A stretch of DNA of 64,000 bases from Haplodiscus bocki. Lineage: Eukaryota. The notes beneath the pieces were generated by a model. It searched no databases and was not told the origin of the DNA. It saw nothing but the letters and a program-made list of their open reading frames with translations. Positions 15,001 through 28,281 of this stretch are shown here, in pieces; the stretch's first letter is position 1, and each line of letters starts with the position of its first letter. The translations under genes were made by a program, and so were the position numbers. The DNA lies in NCBI GenBank assembly GCA_965655095.1, contig OZ296650.1:19468001-19532000 (forward strand). The letters run 5' to 3'.

Positions 15001-18000
15001 AATGATCACAATTGTTTTATTTACTGCTTTATCGCTGCATGGCTTTCAAAATATGGTCCATCGCTGCAGCCACCTGGTCAAGATATGCGTCGGCGAAAAA
15101 CAAACGCGAGCTCGTACTCCCCTCTAACCCGCTGGCTCATCAACCAAAATGTGAATTTGAAATGCCGATGGGAATTTGACAGATGTCGAGATTCGAAGAA
15201 ATGAATCCCTACAAAATCAACGCTTTGGAATATGGAAAGAAGGAACTGGTACCCATTCGTGTGAGCAAGAAATACGATACTGAATTTGGCGTTGACTTAT
15301 GCTTATTGGAGGATGTTCTAACTCATCACTATGCGCTCATAACAAACCTAAAAAATCTAATCTGCTGCGTAAATGATCGAACTCTGCCATCGGAAGATTG
15401 TCTCTGCCGAAATTGCTTTCATTTGTGTTCTTCAAAGGAAATATACGAGCGACACATTGTGAGCTGTTTCAACAATGAACCTGCATTGATACAGATGCCA
15501 AAGCCAGAGCAAAACAAAATGAACGTCACAAATTTTCAAGCTCGATGGTTCGCTCCATTAGTTTAATTGCTTCGACTTGTAATCCTTCTATCAAACGGTT
15601 TCCCGTTGTTTACAGGATTGTGAAAAAGCCAGCACCGTTGAATTACACAAAGCTTGTGGGTTTTCCTTAGTGGGGGTTGAGCATGGTAACGCTACACCCA
15701 GTTTTAATCCAAGATGAAAGGTCAGAAATCTCTCCAACTACGACCTACACCATTTATGCAAAAATCTTCATCGATTCGGGGCAGAAAGCAAAATGGAAAT
15801 TATTCCTTCAACAGACGAGAAATAGATAAGCTTGTAAGCAGGCGTACCAATGCAAACGCACTAGGAAAACAACGGCTTAATAAAGACTGTATTTGAATTT
15901 CTGAGGTTTGTTGAGTCCCTGCGAATCATGTCATCATCACCCGACAAATTGGTTACCTTTCTTCCAGAAGACAACTTCTCATACCTGCACAGCCATTTCA
16001 GGGACTGTTCCTACAACCAAAAGCGTCTGTTGCACCGCAAAGGTTTATCGTTACACCTATTTTGATTATAGCGGTGACTTCAGCGAAGTTTTGTTACCAC
16101 CGTTGAACTGTTGAAAAAATTCTCAACAGCAGGGATAAGTAAGCATGAGTCAAGACGAATGGAATCACGCTTATCAGGTGTTGAAAAGCTTTGTTAGCAG
16201 AAACCTTGGAGATTACAATGACATATACTTAGAACAGACACTCTGTCAGTAGCTTGCGTGGTGGAGGAGTTCCCTAATGTGTGTTATGAGACCTTAAGTC
16301 AGTGAATTGCTTACTCAACTTTAGAAGTCTCAATGATCACAATTGTTTTATTTACTGCTTTATCGCTGCATGGCTTTCAAAATATGGTCCATCGCTGCAG
16401 CCACCTGGTCAAGATATGCGTCGGCGGAAAACAAACCCGAGCACGTACTCCCCTCTAACCCGCTGGCTCATCAACCAAAATGTGAATTTGAAATGCCGAT
16501 GGGAATTTGACAGATGTCGAGATTTGAAGAAATGAATCCCTACAAAATCAACGCTTTGGAATATGGAAAGAAGGAACTGGTACCCATTCGTGTGAGCAAG
16601 AAATACGATACTGATTTTGACGTTGACTTATGCTTATTGGAGGATGGTCTAACTCATCACTATGCGCTCATAACAAATCTAAAAAATCTAATCTGCTGCG
16701 TAAATGATCGAACTCTGCCATCGGAAGATTGTCTCTGCCGAAATTGCTTTCATTTATGTTCTTCGAAGGAAATATACGAGCGACACATCCTGAGCTGTTT
16801 CAACAATGAACCTGCATTGATACATATGCCAAAGCCAGAGGAAAACAAAATGAACGTCACAAACGTTCAAGCTCGATGGCTCGCTCCATTAGTTATTTAT
16901 TTCGACTTGTAATCCCTGTCTCAAACGGTTTCCCGTTGTTTACAGGAAGGTGAAAAAGCCACCACCATTGAAATACGCAAAGCTTGTGGGTTTTGCTTAG
17001 TGTGGGTTGAGCATGGTAACGCTACACCAGTTTTAATTCATGATGAAAGGTTAGAACTCTCTCCAACTACGACCTACACCATTTGTGCAAAAATCTTCAT
17101 CGAATCGGGGCAGAAAGCAAAATGGAAATTATTCCTTCAACAGACGAGAAATAGATAAGCTTGTCAGCAGGCGTACCAATGCAAACGCGCTAGGAAAAGA
17201 ACGGGTTAATAAAGACTGTATTTGAATTTCTGAGGTTTGTTGAGTCCCTGCGAATCATGTCATCATCACCCGACAAATTGGTTACCTTTCTTCCAGAAGA
17301 CAACTTCTCATACCTGCACAGCCATTTCAGGGACTGTTCCGACAACCAAAAGCGTCTGTTGCACCGCAAAGGTTTCTATCGTTACACCTATTTTGATTAT
17401 AGCGGTGAATTCAGCGAAGTTTTCTTACCACCGTTGAACTGTTGAAAAAATTCTCAACAGCAGGGATAAGTAAGCATGAGTCAAGACGAATGGAATCACG
17501 CTTATCAGGTGTTGAAAAGCTTTGTTAGCAGAAACCTTGGAGATTACAATGACATATACTTAGAACAGACACTCTGTCAGTAGCTTGCGTGGTGGAGGAG
17601 TTCCCTAATGTGTGTTATGAGACCTTAAGTCAGTGAATTGCTTACTCAACTTTAGAAGTCTCAATGATCACAATTGTTTAATTTACTGCTTTATCGCTGC
17701 ATGGATTTCAAAATATGGTCCATCGCTGCAGCCACCTGGTCAAGATATGCGTCGGCGGAAAACAAACCCGAGCACGTACTCCCCTCTAACCCGCTGGCTC
17801 ATCAACCAAAATGTGAATTTGAAATGCCGATGGGAATTTGACAGATGTCGAGATTTGAAGAAATGAATCCCTACAAAATCAACGCTTTGGAATATGGATA
17901 GAAGGAACTGGTACCCATTCGTGTCAGCAAGAAATACGATACTGACTTTGACGTTGACTTATTCCTATTGGAGGATGGTCTAACTCATCACTATGCGCTC

Positions 18001-21000
18001 ATAACAAACCTAAAAAATCTAATCTGCTGCGTAAATGATCGAACTCTGCCATCGGAAGATTGTATCTGCCGAAATTGCTTTCATTTATGTTCTTCGAAGG
18101 AAATATACGAGCGACACATTGTGAGCTGTTTCAACAATGAACCTGCATTGATACAGATGCCAAAGCCAGAGGAAAACAAAATGAACGTCACAAATTTTCA
18201 AGCTCGATGGTTCGCTCCATTAGTTTGATTACTTCGACTTGTAATCCTTCTATCAAACGATTTCCCGTTGTTTACAGGATGGTGAAAAAGCCACCACCGT
18301 TGAAATACACAAAGCTTGTGGGTTTTCCTTAGTGGGAGTTGAGCATGGTAACGCTACACCAGTTTTAATTCATGATGAAAGGTTAGAACTCTCTCCAACT
18401 ACGACCTACACCATTTGTGCAAAAATCTTCATCGAATCGGGGCAGAAAGCAAAATGGAAATCATTCCTTCAACAGACGAGAAATAGATAAGCTTGTCAGC
18501 AGGCGTACCAATGCAAACGCACTAGGAAAAGAACGGCTTAATAAAGACTGTATTTGAATTTCTGAGGTTTGTTGAGTCCCTGCGAATCATGTCATCATCA
18601 CCCGACAAAGTGGTTACCTTTCTTCCAGAAGACAACTTCTCATACCTGCACAGCCATTTCAGGGACTGTTCCGACAACCAAAAGCGTCTGTTGCACCGCA
18701 AAGGTTTATCGTTACACCTATTTTGATTATAGCGGTGAATTCAGCGAAGTTTTCTTACCACCGTTGAACTGTTGAAAAAATTCTCAACAGCAGGGATAAG
18801 TAAGCATGAGTCAAGACGAATGGAATCACGCTTATCAGGTGTTGACAAGCTTTGTTAGCAAAAACCTTGGAGATTACAATGACATATACTTAGAACAGAC
18901 ACTCTGTCAGTAGCTTGCGTGGTGGAGGAGTTCCCTAATGTGTGTTATGAGACCTTAAGTCAGTGAATTGCTTACTCAACTTTAGAAGTCTCAATGATCA
19001 CAATTGTTTTATTTACTGCTTTATCGCTGCATGGCTTTCAAAGTATGGTCCGTCGCTGCAGCCACCTGGTCAAGATATGCATCGGTTGAAAACAAACCCG
19101 AGCACGTACTCCCCCTCTAACCCGCTGGCTCATCAACCAAAAGGTGAATTTGAAATGCCGATGGGAATTTGACAGATGTCGAGATTTGAAGAAATGAATC
19201 CCTACAAAATCAACGCTTTGGAATATGGATAGAAGGAACTGGTACCCATTCGTGTCAGCAAGAAATACGATACTGACTTTGACGTTGACTTATGCTTATT
19301 GGAGGATGGTCTAACTCATCACTATGCGCTCATAACAAACCTAAAAAATCTAATCTGCTGCGTAAATGATCGAACTCTGCCATCGGAAGATTGTATCTGC
19401 CGAAATTGCTTTCATTTATGTTCTTCGAAGGAAATATACGAGCGACACAATGTGAGCTGTTTCAACAATGAACCTGCATTGATACAGATGCCAAAGCCAG
19501 AGGAAAACAAAATGAACGTCACAAATTTTCAAGCTCGATGGTTCGCTCCATTAGTTTAATTACTTCGACTTGTAATCCTTCTATCAAACGATTTCCCGTT
19601 GTTTACAGGTTGGTGAAAAAGCCACCACCGTTGAAATACACAAAGCTTGTGGGTTTTCCTTAGTGGGGGTTGAGCATGGTAACGCTACACCCAGTTTTAA
19701 TTCAAGATGAAAGGTCAGAAATCTCTCCAACTACGACCTACACCATTTGTGCAAAAATCTTCATCGATTCGGGGCAGAAAGCAAAATGGAAATTATTCCT
19801 TCAACAGACGAGAAATAGATAAGCTTGTCAGCAGGCGTACCAATGCAAACGCACTAGGAAAAGAACGGCTTAATAAAGACTGTATTTGAATTTCTGAGGT
19901 TTGTTGAGTCCCTGCGAATCATGTCATCATCACCCGACAAATTGGTTACCTTTCTTCCAGAAGACAACTTCTCATACCTGCACAGCCATTCCAGGGACTG
20001 TTCCGACAACCAAAAGCGTCTGTTGCACCGCAAAGGTTTCTATTGTTACACCTATTTTGATGATCATGGTAAATTCATGGAAAATTTTTTACAACCGTTG
20101 AACTGTTGAAAAAATTCTCAACAGCAGGGATAAGTAAGCATGAGTCAAGACGAATGGAATCACGCTTATCAGGTGTTGAAAAGCTTTGTTAGCAGAAACC
20201 TTGGAGATTACAATGACATATACTTAGAACAGACACTCTGTCAGTAGCTTGCGTGGTGGAGGAGTTCCCTAATGTGTGTTATGAGACCTTAAGTCAGTGA
20301 ATTGCTTGCTCAACTTTAGAAGTCTCAATGATCACAATTGTTTTATTTACTGCTTTATCGCTGCATGGCTTTCAAAATATGGTCCATCGCTGCAGCCACC
20401 TGGTCAAGATATGCGTCGGCGGAAAACAAACCCGAGCACGTACTCCCCTCTAACCCGCTGGCTCATCAACCAAAATGTGAATTTGAAATGCCGATGGGAA
20501 TTTGACAGATCTCGAGATTTGAAGAAATGAATCCCTACAAAATCAACGCTTTGGATTATGGAAAGAAGGAACTGGTACCCATTCGTGTGAGCAAGAAATA
20601 CGATACTGAATTTGACGTTGACTTATGCTTATTGGAGGATGGTCTAACTCATCACTATGCGCTCATAACAAACCTAAAAAATCTAATCTGCTGCGTAAAT
20701 GATCGAACTCTGCCATCGGAAGATTGTCTCTGCCGAAATTGCTTTCATTTGTGTTCTTCAAAGGAAATATACGAGCGACACATTGTGAGCTGTTTCAACA
20801 ATGAACCTGCATTGATACAGATGCCAAAGCCAGAGCAAAACAAAATGAACGTCACAAATTTTCAAGCTCGATGGTTCGCTCCATTAGTTTAATTACTTCG
20901 ACTTGTAATCCTTCTATCAAACGGTTTCACGTTGTTTACAGGATGGTGAAAAAGCCAGCACCGTTGAATTACACAAAGCTTGTGGGTTTTCCTTAGTGGG

Positions 21001-24000
21001 GGTTGAGCATGGTAACGCTACACCCAGTTTTAATTCAAGATGAAAGGTCAGAAATCTCTCCAACTACGACCTACACCATTTATGCAAAAATCTTCATCGA
21101 TTCGGGGCAGAAAGCAAAATGGAAATTATTCCTTCAACAGACGAGAAATAGATAAGCTTGTCAGCAGGCGTACCAATGCAAACCCACTAGGAAAAGAACG
21201 GCTTAATAAAGACTGTATTTGAATTTCTGAGGTTTGTTGAGTCCCTGCGAATCATGTCATCATCACCCGACAAATTGGTTACCTTTCTTCCAGAAGACAA
21301 CTTCTCATACCTGCACAGCCATTTCAGGGACTGTTCCGACAACCAAAAGCGTCTGTTGCACCGCCAAGGTTTCTATCGTTACACCTATTTTGATTATCGC
21401 GGTGAATTCAGCGAAGTTTTCTTACCACCGTTGAACTGTTGAAAAAATTCTCAACAGCAGGGATAAGTAAGCATGAGTCAAGACGAATGGAATCACGCTT
21501 ATCAGGTGTTGAAAAGCTTTGTTAGCAGAAACCTTGGAGATTACAATGACATATACTTAGAACAGACACTCTGTCAGTAGCTTGCGTGGTGGAGGAGTTC
21601 CCCAATGTGTGTTATGAGACCTTAAGTCACTGAATTGCTTACTCAACTTTAGAAGTCCCAATGATCACAATTGTTTTATTTACTGCTTTATCGCTGCATG
21701 GCTTTCAGAATATGGTCCATCGCTGCAGCCACCTGGTCAAGATATGCGTCGGCGAAAAACTAACGCGAGCTCGTACTCCCCTCTAACCCGCTGGCTCATC
21801 AACCAAAATGTGAATTTGAAATGCCGATGGGAATTTGACAGATGTCGAGATTTGAAGAAATGAATCCCTACAAAATCAACGCTTTGGAATATGGATAGAA
21901 GGAACTGGTACCCATTCGTGTCAGCAAGAAATACGATACTGACTTTGACGTTGACTTATTCCTATTGGAGGATGGTCTAACTCATCACTATGCGCTCATA
22001 ACAAACCTAAAAAATCTAATCTGCGTAAATGATCGAACTCTGCCATCGGAAGATTGTATCTGCCGAAATTACTTTCATTTATGTTCTTCAAAGGAAATAT
22101 ACGAGCGACACATTGTGAGCTGTTTCAACAATGAACCTGCATTGATACAGATGCCAAAGCCAGAGTAAAACAAAATGAACGTCACAAACTTTCAAGCTCG
22201 ATGGTTCGCTCCATTAGTTTAATTACTTCGACTTGTAATCCTTCTATCAAACGATTTCCCGTTGTTTACAGGATGGTGAAAAAGCCACCACCGTTGAAAT
22301 ACACAAAGCTTGTGGGTTTTCCTTAGTGGGGGTTGAGCATGGTAACGCTACACCCAGTTTTAATTCAAGATGAAAGGTCAGAAATCTCTCCAACTACGAC
22401 CTATACCATTTGTGCAAAAATCTTCATCGATTCGGGGCAGGAAGCAAAATGGAAATTATTCCTTCAACAGACGAGAAATAGATAAGCTTGTCAGCAGGCG
22501 TACGAATGCAAACGCACTAGGAAAAGAACGGCTTAATGAAGACTGTATTTGAATTTCTGAGGTTTGTTGAGTCCCTGCGAATCATGTCATCATCACCCGA
22601 CAAAATGGTTACCTTTCTTCCAGAAGACAACTTCTCATACCTGCACAGCCATTTCAGGGACTGTTCCGACAACCAAAAGCGTCTGTTGCACCGCCAAGGT
22701 TTCTATCGTTACACCTATTTTGATTATCGCGGTGAATTCAGCGAAGTTTTCTTACCACCGTTGAACTGTTGAAAAAATTCTCAACAGCAGGGATAAGTAA
22801 GCATGAGTCAAGACGAATGGAATCACGCTTATCAGGTGTTGAAAAGCTTTGTTAGCAGAAACCTTGGAGATTACAATGACATATACTTAGAACAGACACT
22901 CTGTCAGTAGCTTGCGTGGTGGAGGAGTTCCCCAATGTGTGTTATGAGACCTTAAGTCAGTGAATTGCTTACTCAACTTTAGAAGTCTCAATGATCACAA
23001 TTGTTTTATTTACTGCTTTATCGCTGCATGGCTTTCAAAATATGGTCCATCGCTGCAGCCACCTGGTCAAGATATGCGTCGGCGGAAAACAAACCCGAGC
23101 AGGTACTCCCCTCTAACCCGCTGGCTCATCAACCAAAATGCGAATTTGAAATTCGATGGGAATTTGACAGATGTCGAGATTTGAAGAAATGAATCCCTAC
23201 AAAATCAACGCTTTGGAATATGGATAGAAGGAACTAGTACCCATTCGTGTCAGCAAGAAATACGATACTGACTTTGACGTTGACTTATTCCTATTGGAGG
23301 ATGGTCTAACTCATCACTATGCGCTCATAACAAACCTAAAAAATCTAATCTGCTGCGTAAATGATCGAACTCTGCCATCGGAAGATTGTATCTGCCGAAA
23401 TTACTTTCATTTATGTTCTTCAAAGGAAATATACGAGCGACACATTGTGAGCTGTTTCAACAATGAACCTGCATTGATACAGATGCCAAAGCCAGAGTAA
23501 AACAAAATGAACGTCACAAACTTTCAAGCTCGATGGTTCGCTCCATTAGTTTAATTACTTCGACTTGTAATCCTTCTATCAAACGGTTTACCGTTGTTTA
23601 CAGGATGGTGAAAAAGCCAGCACCGTTGAATTACACAAAGCTTGTGGGTTTTCCTTAGTGGGGGTTGAGCATGGTAACGCTACACCCAGTTTTAATTCAA
23701 GATGAAAGGTCAGAAATCTCTCCAACTACGACCTACACCATTTATGCAAAAATCTTCATCGATTCGGGGCAGAAAGCAAAATGGAAATTATTCCTTCAAC
23801 AGACGAGAAATAGATAAGCTTGTCAGCAGGCGTACCAATGCAAACGCACTAGGAAAAGAACGGCTTAATAAAGACTGTATTTGAATTTCTGAGGTTTGTT
23901 GAGTCCCTGCGAATCATGTCATCATCACCCGACAAAGTGGTTACCTTTCTTCCAGAAGACAACTTCTCATACCTGCACAGCCATTTCAGGGACTGTTCCG

Positions 24001-27000
24001 ACAACCAAAAGCGTCTGTTGCACCGCAAAGGTTTCTATTGTTACACCTATTTTGATGATCATGGTAAATTCATGGAAAATTTTTTACAACCGTTGAACTG
24101 TTGAAAAAATTCTCAACAGCAGGGATAAGTAAGCATGAGTCAAGACGAATGGAATCACGCTTATCAGGTGTTGAAAAGCTTTGTTAGCAGAAACCTTGGA
24201 AATTACAATGACATATACTTAGAACAGACACTCTGTCAGTAGCTTGCGTGGTGGAGGAGTTCCCTAATGTGTGTTATGAGACCTTAAGTCAGTGAATTGC
24301 TTACTCAACTTTAGAAGTCTCAATGATCACAATTGTTTTATTTACTGCTTTATCGCTGCATGGCTTTCAAAATATGGTCCATCGCTGCAGCCACCTGGTC
24401 AAGATATGCGTCGGCGGAAAACAAACCCGAGCACGTACTCCCCTCTAACCCGCTGGCTCATCAACCAAAATGTGAATTTGAAATGCCGATGGGAATTTGA
24501 CAGATGTCGAGATTTGAAGAAATGAATCCCTACAAAATCAACGCTTTGGAATATGGAAAGAAGGAACTGGTACCCATTCGTGTGAGCAAGAAATACGATA
24601 CTGAATTTGACGTTGACTTATGCTTATTGGAGGATGGTCTAACTCATCACTAAGCGCTCATAACAAACCTAAAAAATCTAATCTGCTGCGTAAATGATCG
24701 AACTCTGCCATCGGAAGATTGTATATGCCGAAATTGCTTTCATTTATGTTCTTCAAAGGAAATATACGAGCGACACATTGTGAGCTGTTTCAGCAATGAA
24801 CCTGCATTGATACAGATGCCAAAGCCAGAGGAAAACAAAATGAACGTCACAAATTTTCAAGCTCGATGGTTCGCTCCATTAGTTTAATTACTTCGACTTG
24901 TAATCCTTCTATCAAACGATTTCCCGTTGTTTACAGGATGGTGAAAAAGCCACCACCGTTGAAATACACAAAGCTTGTGGGTTTTCCTTAGTGGGGGTTG
25001 AGCATGGTAACGCTACACCCAGTTTTAATTCAAGATGAAAGGTCAGAAATCTCTCCAACTACGACCTACACCATTTGTGCAAAAATCTTCATCGATTCGG
25101 GGCAGAAAGCAAAATGGAAATTAATCCTTCAACAGACGAGAAATAGATAAGCTTGTCAGCAGGCGTACCAATGCAAACGCACTAGGAAAGGAACGGCTTA
25201 ATAAAGATTGTACTTGAATTTCTGAGGTTTGTTGAGTCCATGCGAATCATGTCAAGATCACCCGACAAATTGGTTACTTTTCTTCCAGAAGACAACTTCT
25301 CATACCTGCACAGTCATTTCAGGGACTGTTCCGACAACCAAAAGCGTCTGTTGCACCGCAAAGGTTTCTATCGTTACACCTATTTTGATTATAGCGGTGA
25401 ATTAAGCGAAGTTTTCTTACCACCGTTGAACTGTTGAAAAAATTCTCAACAGCAGGGATAAGTAAGCATGAGTCAAGACGAATGGAATCACGCTTATCAG
25501 GTGTTGAAAAGCTTTGTTAGCAGAAACCTTGGAGATTACAATGACATATACTTAGAACAGACACTCTGTCAGTAGCTTGTGTGCTGGAGGAGTTCCTCAA
25601 TGTGTGTTATGAGACCTTAAGTCAGTGAATTGCTTACTCAACTTTAGAAGTCTCAATGATCAAAATTGTTTTATTTACTGCTTTATCGCTGCATGGCTTT
25701 CAAAATATGGTCCATCGCTGCAGCCACCTGGTCAAGATATGCTTCGGCGGAAAACAAAACCAAGCACGTACTCCCCTCTAACCCGCTGGCTCATCAACCG
25801 AAATGTGAATTTGAAATGCCGATGGGAGTTTGACAGATGTCGAGATTTGAAGAAATGAATCCCTACAAAATCAACGCTTTGGAATATGGAAAGAAGGAAC
25901 TGGTACCCATTCGTGTGAGCAAGAAATACGATACTGAGTTTGACGTTGACTTATGCTTATTGGAGGATGGTCTAATTCATCACTATGCGCTCATAACAAA
26001 CCTAAAAAATCTAATCTGCTGCGTAAATGATCGAACTCTGCCATCGGAAGGTTGTCTCTGCCGAAATTGCTTTCATTTATGTTCTTCCAAGGAAATATAC
26101 GAGCGACACATTGTGAGCTGTTTCGACAATGAACCTGCATTGATACAGATGCCAAAGCCAGAGGAAAACAAAATGAACGTCACAAACTTTCAAGCTCGAT
26201 GCCTCGCTCCATTAGTTATTTATTTCGACTTGTAATCCCTCTATCAAACGGTTTCCCGTTGTTTACAGGATGGTGAAAAAGCCACCACCGTTGAAATACA
26301 CAAAGCTTGTGGGTTTTCCTTAGTGGGGGTTGAGCATGGTAACGCTACACCCAGTTTTAATTCAAGATGAAAGGTCAGAAATCTCTCCAACTACGACCTA
26401 CACCATTTGTGCAAAAATCTTCATCGATTCGGGGCAGAAAGCAAAATGGAAATTAATCCTTCAACAGACGAGAAATAGATAAGCTTGTCAGCAGGCGTAC
26501 CAATGCAAACGCACTAGGAAAGGAACGGCTTAATAAAGATTGTACTTGAATTTCTGAGGTTTGTTGAGTCCATGCGAATCATGTCAAGATCACCCGACAA
26601 ATTGGTTACTTTTCTTCCAGAAGACAACTTCTCATACCTGCACAGTCATTTCAGGGACTGTTCCGACAACCAAAAGCGTCTGTTGCACCGCAAAGGTTTC
26701 TATCGTTACACCTATTTTGATTATAGCGGTGAATTAAGCGAAGTTTTCTTACCACCGTTGAACTGTTGAAAAAATTCTCAACAGCAGGGATAAGTAAGCA
26801 TGAGTCAAGACGAATGGAATCACGCTTATCAGGTGTTGAAAAGCTTTGTTAGCAGAAACCTTGGAGATTACAATGACATATACTTAGAACAGACACTCTG
26901 TCAGTAGCTTGTGTGCTGGAGGAGTTCCTCAATGTGTGTTATGAGACCTTAAGTCAGTGAATTGCTTACTCAACTTTAGAAGTCTCAATGATCAAAATTG

Positions 27001-28281
27001 TTTTATTTACTGCTTTATCGCTGCATGGCTTTCAAAATATGGTCCATCGCTGCAGCCACCTGGTCAAGATATGCTTCGGCGGAAAACAAAACCAAGCACG
27101 TACTCCCCTCTAACCCGCTGGCTCATCAACCGAAATGTGAATTTGAAATGCCGATGGGAGTTTGACAGATGTCGAGATTTGAAGAAATGAATCCCTACAA
27201 AATCAACGCTTTGGAATATGGAAAGAAGGAACTGGTACCCATTCGTGTGAGCAAGAAATACGATACTGAGTTTGACGTTGACTTATGCTTATTGGAGGAT
27301 GGTCTAATTCATCACTATGCGCTCATAACAAACCTAAAAAATCTAATCTGCTGCGTAAATGATCGAACTCTGCCATCGGAAGGTTGTCTCTGCCGAAATT
27401 GCTTTCATTTATGTTCTTCCAAGGAAATATACGAGCGACACATTGTGAGCTGTTTCGACAATGAACCTGCATTGATACAGATGCCAAAGCCAGAGGAAAA
27501 CAAAATGAACGTCACAAACTTTCAAGCTCGATGCCTCGCTCCATTAGTTATTTATTTCGACTTGTAATCCCTCTATCAAACGGTTTCCCGTTGTTTACAG
27601 GAAGGTGAAAAAGCGACCACCATTGAAATACGGAAAGCTTGTGGGTTTTGCTTTGTGGGGGTTGAGCATGGTAAAGCTACACCAGTTTTAATTCAAGATG
27701 AAAGGTCAGAAATCTCGCCAACTACGACCTACACCATTTGTGCAAAAATCTTCATCGATTCGGGGCAGAAAGGAAAATGGAAATTATTCCTTCAACAGGC
27801 GAGAAATAGATAAGCTTGTCAGCAGGCGTACCAATGCAAACGCCTAGGAAAAGAACGGCTTAATAAAGACTGCATTTGAATTTCTGAGGTTTGTTGAGTC
27901 CCTGCGAATCATGTCATCATCACCCGACAAATTGGTTACCTTTCTTCCAGAAGACAACTTCTCATAACTGCACAGCCATTTCATCAGGGACTGTTCTGAT
28001 GACCAAAAGCGTCTATTGCACCGCAAAGGTGTCTAGTATTACACCTATTTTGATGATCGTGGTAAATTCAGGGAAATTTTTTACCACCGTTGAACTGTTG
28101 AAAAAATTCTCAACAGCAGGGATAAGTAAGCATGAGTCAAGACGAATGGAATCACGCTTATCAGGTGTTCAAAAGCCTGATCAGCAAAAACCTTGGAGAT
28201 AACAATTACATATACTTAAAACAGACACTCTGTCACTATCTTGCGTGGTGGAGGAGTTCACTAATGTGTGTTATGAGATCT
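1..28281 (+). repeat. Tandem array of ~1330-bp 'short' units derived from the pPolB N-terminal/exonuclease region (21 complete units plus a 306-bp partial; continues left of the window)
   Basis: Junction 'tgtgttatgagacct|taagtcagtg' recurs about 7 bp before 314, 1644, 2976, 4327, 5658, 6986, ~8317, ~9648, 10979, 12310, ~13640, 14971, 16302, 17633, 18963, 20297, ~21630, 22960, 24292, 25625, 26957. The same ORF fragments repeat with period 1328-1351. Confidence 0.97.
3350..3389 (+). repeat. 20-bp local tandem duplication inside one unit
   Basis: aacctaacaaatctaatctg x2, which lengthens this unit to 1351 bp. Confidence 0.9.
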
